From positions 1,245-65,244 of the forward strand of contig JALWNK010000018.1 in the NCBI GenBank assembly GCA_026995935.1: DNA of 64,000 nt, given 5' to 3'. The position numbers and the translations under genes are program-made. This DNA comes from Deltaproteobacteria bacterium (lineage in GTDB: Bacteria; Desulfobacterota; Dissulfuribacteria; Dissulfuribacterales; QOAL01). Every line of letters starts with the position of its first letter. Within the stretch, counting starts at the first letter, position 1. The notes beneath the pieces were generated by a model. That model was given only the letters and a program-made list of their open reading frames with translations, was not told the origin of the DNA and made no database searches. Positions 63,793 to 64,000 of the stretch are shown here, piece after piece.

Positions 63793-64000
63793 ATGGGTAG
63801 ACGAAAAATTAGAGAGATTTTCAGTAAATTAGAGGTGGCGCGCTTAATTTACCACTTTTTAAGAAATAGCTTAAACCTTGTTAATGACAAGTTTAATTTT
63901 ATTCAAGGTTCCTTCCGAGGTAATGGAGTTAATGTCTATTGGCGCAGAAATGTGAAGAACTTTGGCGATTTTTTGACCCCTTATTTGCTTAGTCGATATG
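63793..64000 (+). CDS. 5' part of a polysaccharide pyruvyl transferase-like gene (runs off the window)
   Basis: Open frame from ATG 63793 to the window end. N-terminal NFGDFLTPYLL resembles the N-x-GD-x-L motif of pyruvyl transferases. Only 69 codons are visible. Confidence 0.45.
   Translation, partial: MGRRKIREIFSKLEVARLIYHFLRNSLNLVNDKFNFIQGSFRGNGVNVYWRRNVKNFGDFLTPYLLSRY

Overview
64-kb bacterial chromosomal window. No tools were run, so all calls come from reading the sequence and the ORF track. The GC content is moderate and Arg AGG/AGA and Ile ATA codons are used heavily. That, together with the gene content (hcp, rex, a TauE-like exporter, an exosortase EPS locus), fits an anaerobic Desulfobacterota/Thermodesulfobacteriota-like organism, but this is a low-confidence guess.

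Layout:
- (i) 1-18 kb, housekeeping: a degenerate HtrA-like protein, dnaA, a GlcD-like oxidase, ispD, ispF, a ferredoxin-hcp operon, an alanine/cation symporter, a Zn-ADH, two tandem DUF3857/transglutaminase-like proteins, rex, and a TauE/SafE-like exporter.
- (ii) 18.1-21.9 kb, a small islet: it is bounded and subdivided by three copies of a GC-rich, strongly base-paired ~205-nt repeat. It carries an IS91-transposase remnant, two small membrane ORFs and a DUF2092-like/low-complexity gene pair.
- (iii) 21.9-36.7 kb, housekeeping: tatCB, alr, an M48 peptidase, mdh, mltA, an ABC-2 exporter, pdxA, pyrR, a LysM lytic transglycosylase, a methyltransferase, a U32 peptidase and ftsK.
- (iv) 36.8-64 kb, an exosortase-type exopolysaccharide locus: MarR-EPS regulator, ugd, PEP-CTERM-type deacetylase, manC, two exosortase+EpsI pairs, glycosyltransferases, acetyltransferases, Wzx, CapK-like ligase, Wzy-like polymerase and a pyruvyl transferase. 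This locus has been heavily invaded.

The invaders of the EPS locus are:
- about eight type II toxin-antitoxin modules, several of them decayed;
- a modular hairpin-containing repeat family, with 11 hairpin copies in 7 kb, all but one in the same orientation;
- a four-helix-bundle (23S-IVS-type) gene flanked by inverted TTCCCA-rich motifs, which also occur in-frame inside two glycosyltransferase genes;
- a duplicated glycosyltransferase 3' end;
- two IS3 remnants.

I recognised no rRNA, tRNA, CRISPR array or known riboswitch. The most interesting unexplained signals are the two repeat families. Both show compensatory stem substitutions between copies, and one of them truncates a hicA gene exactly at the hairpin.
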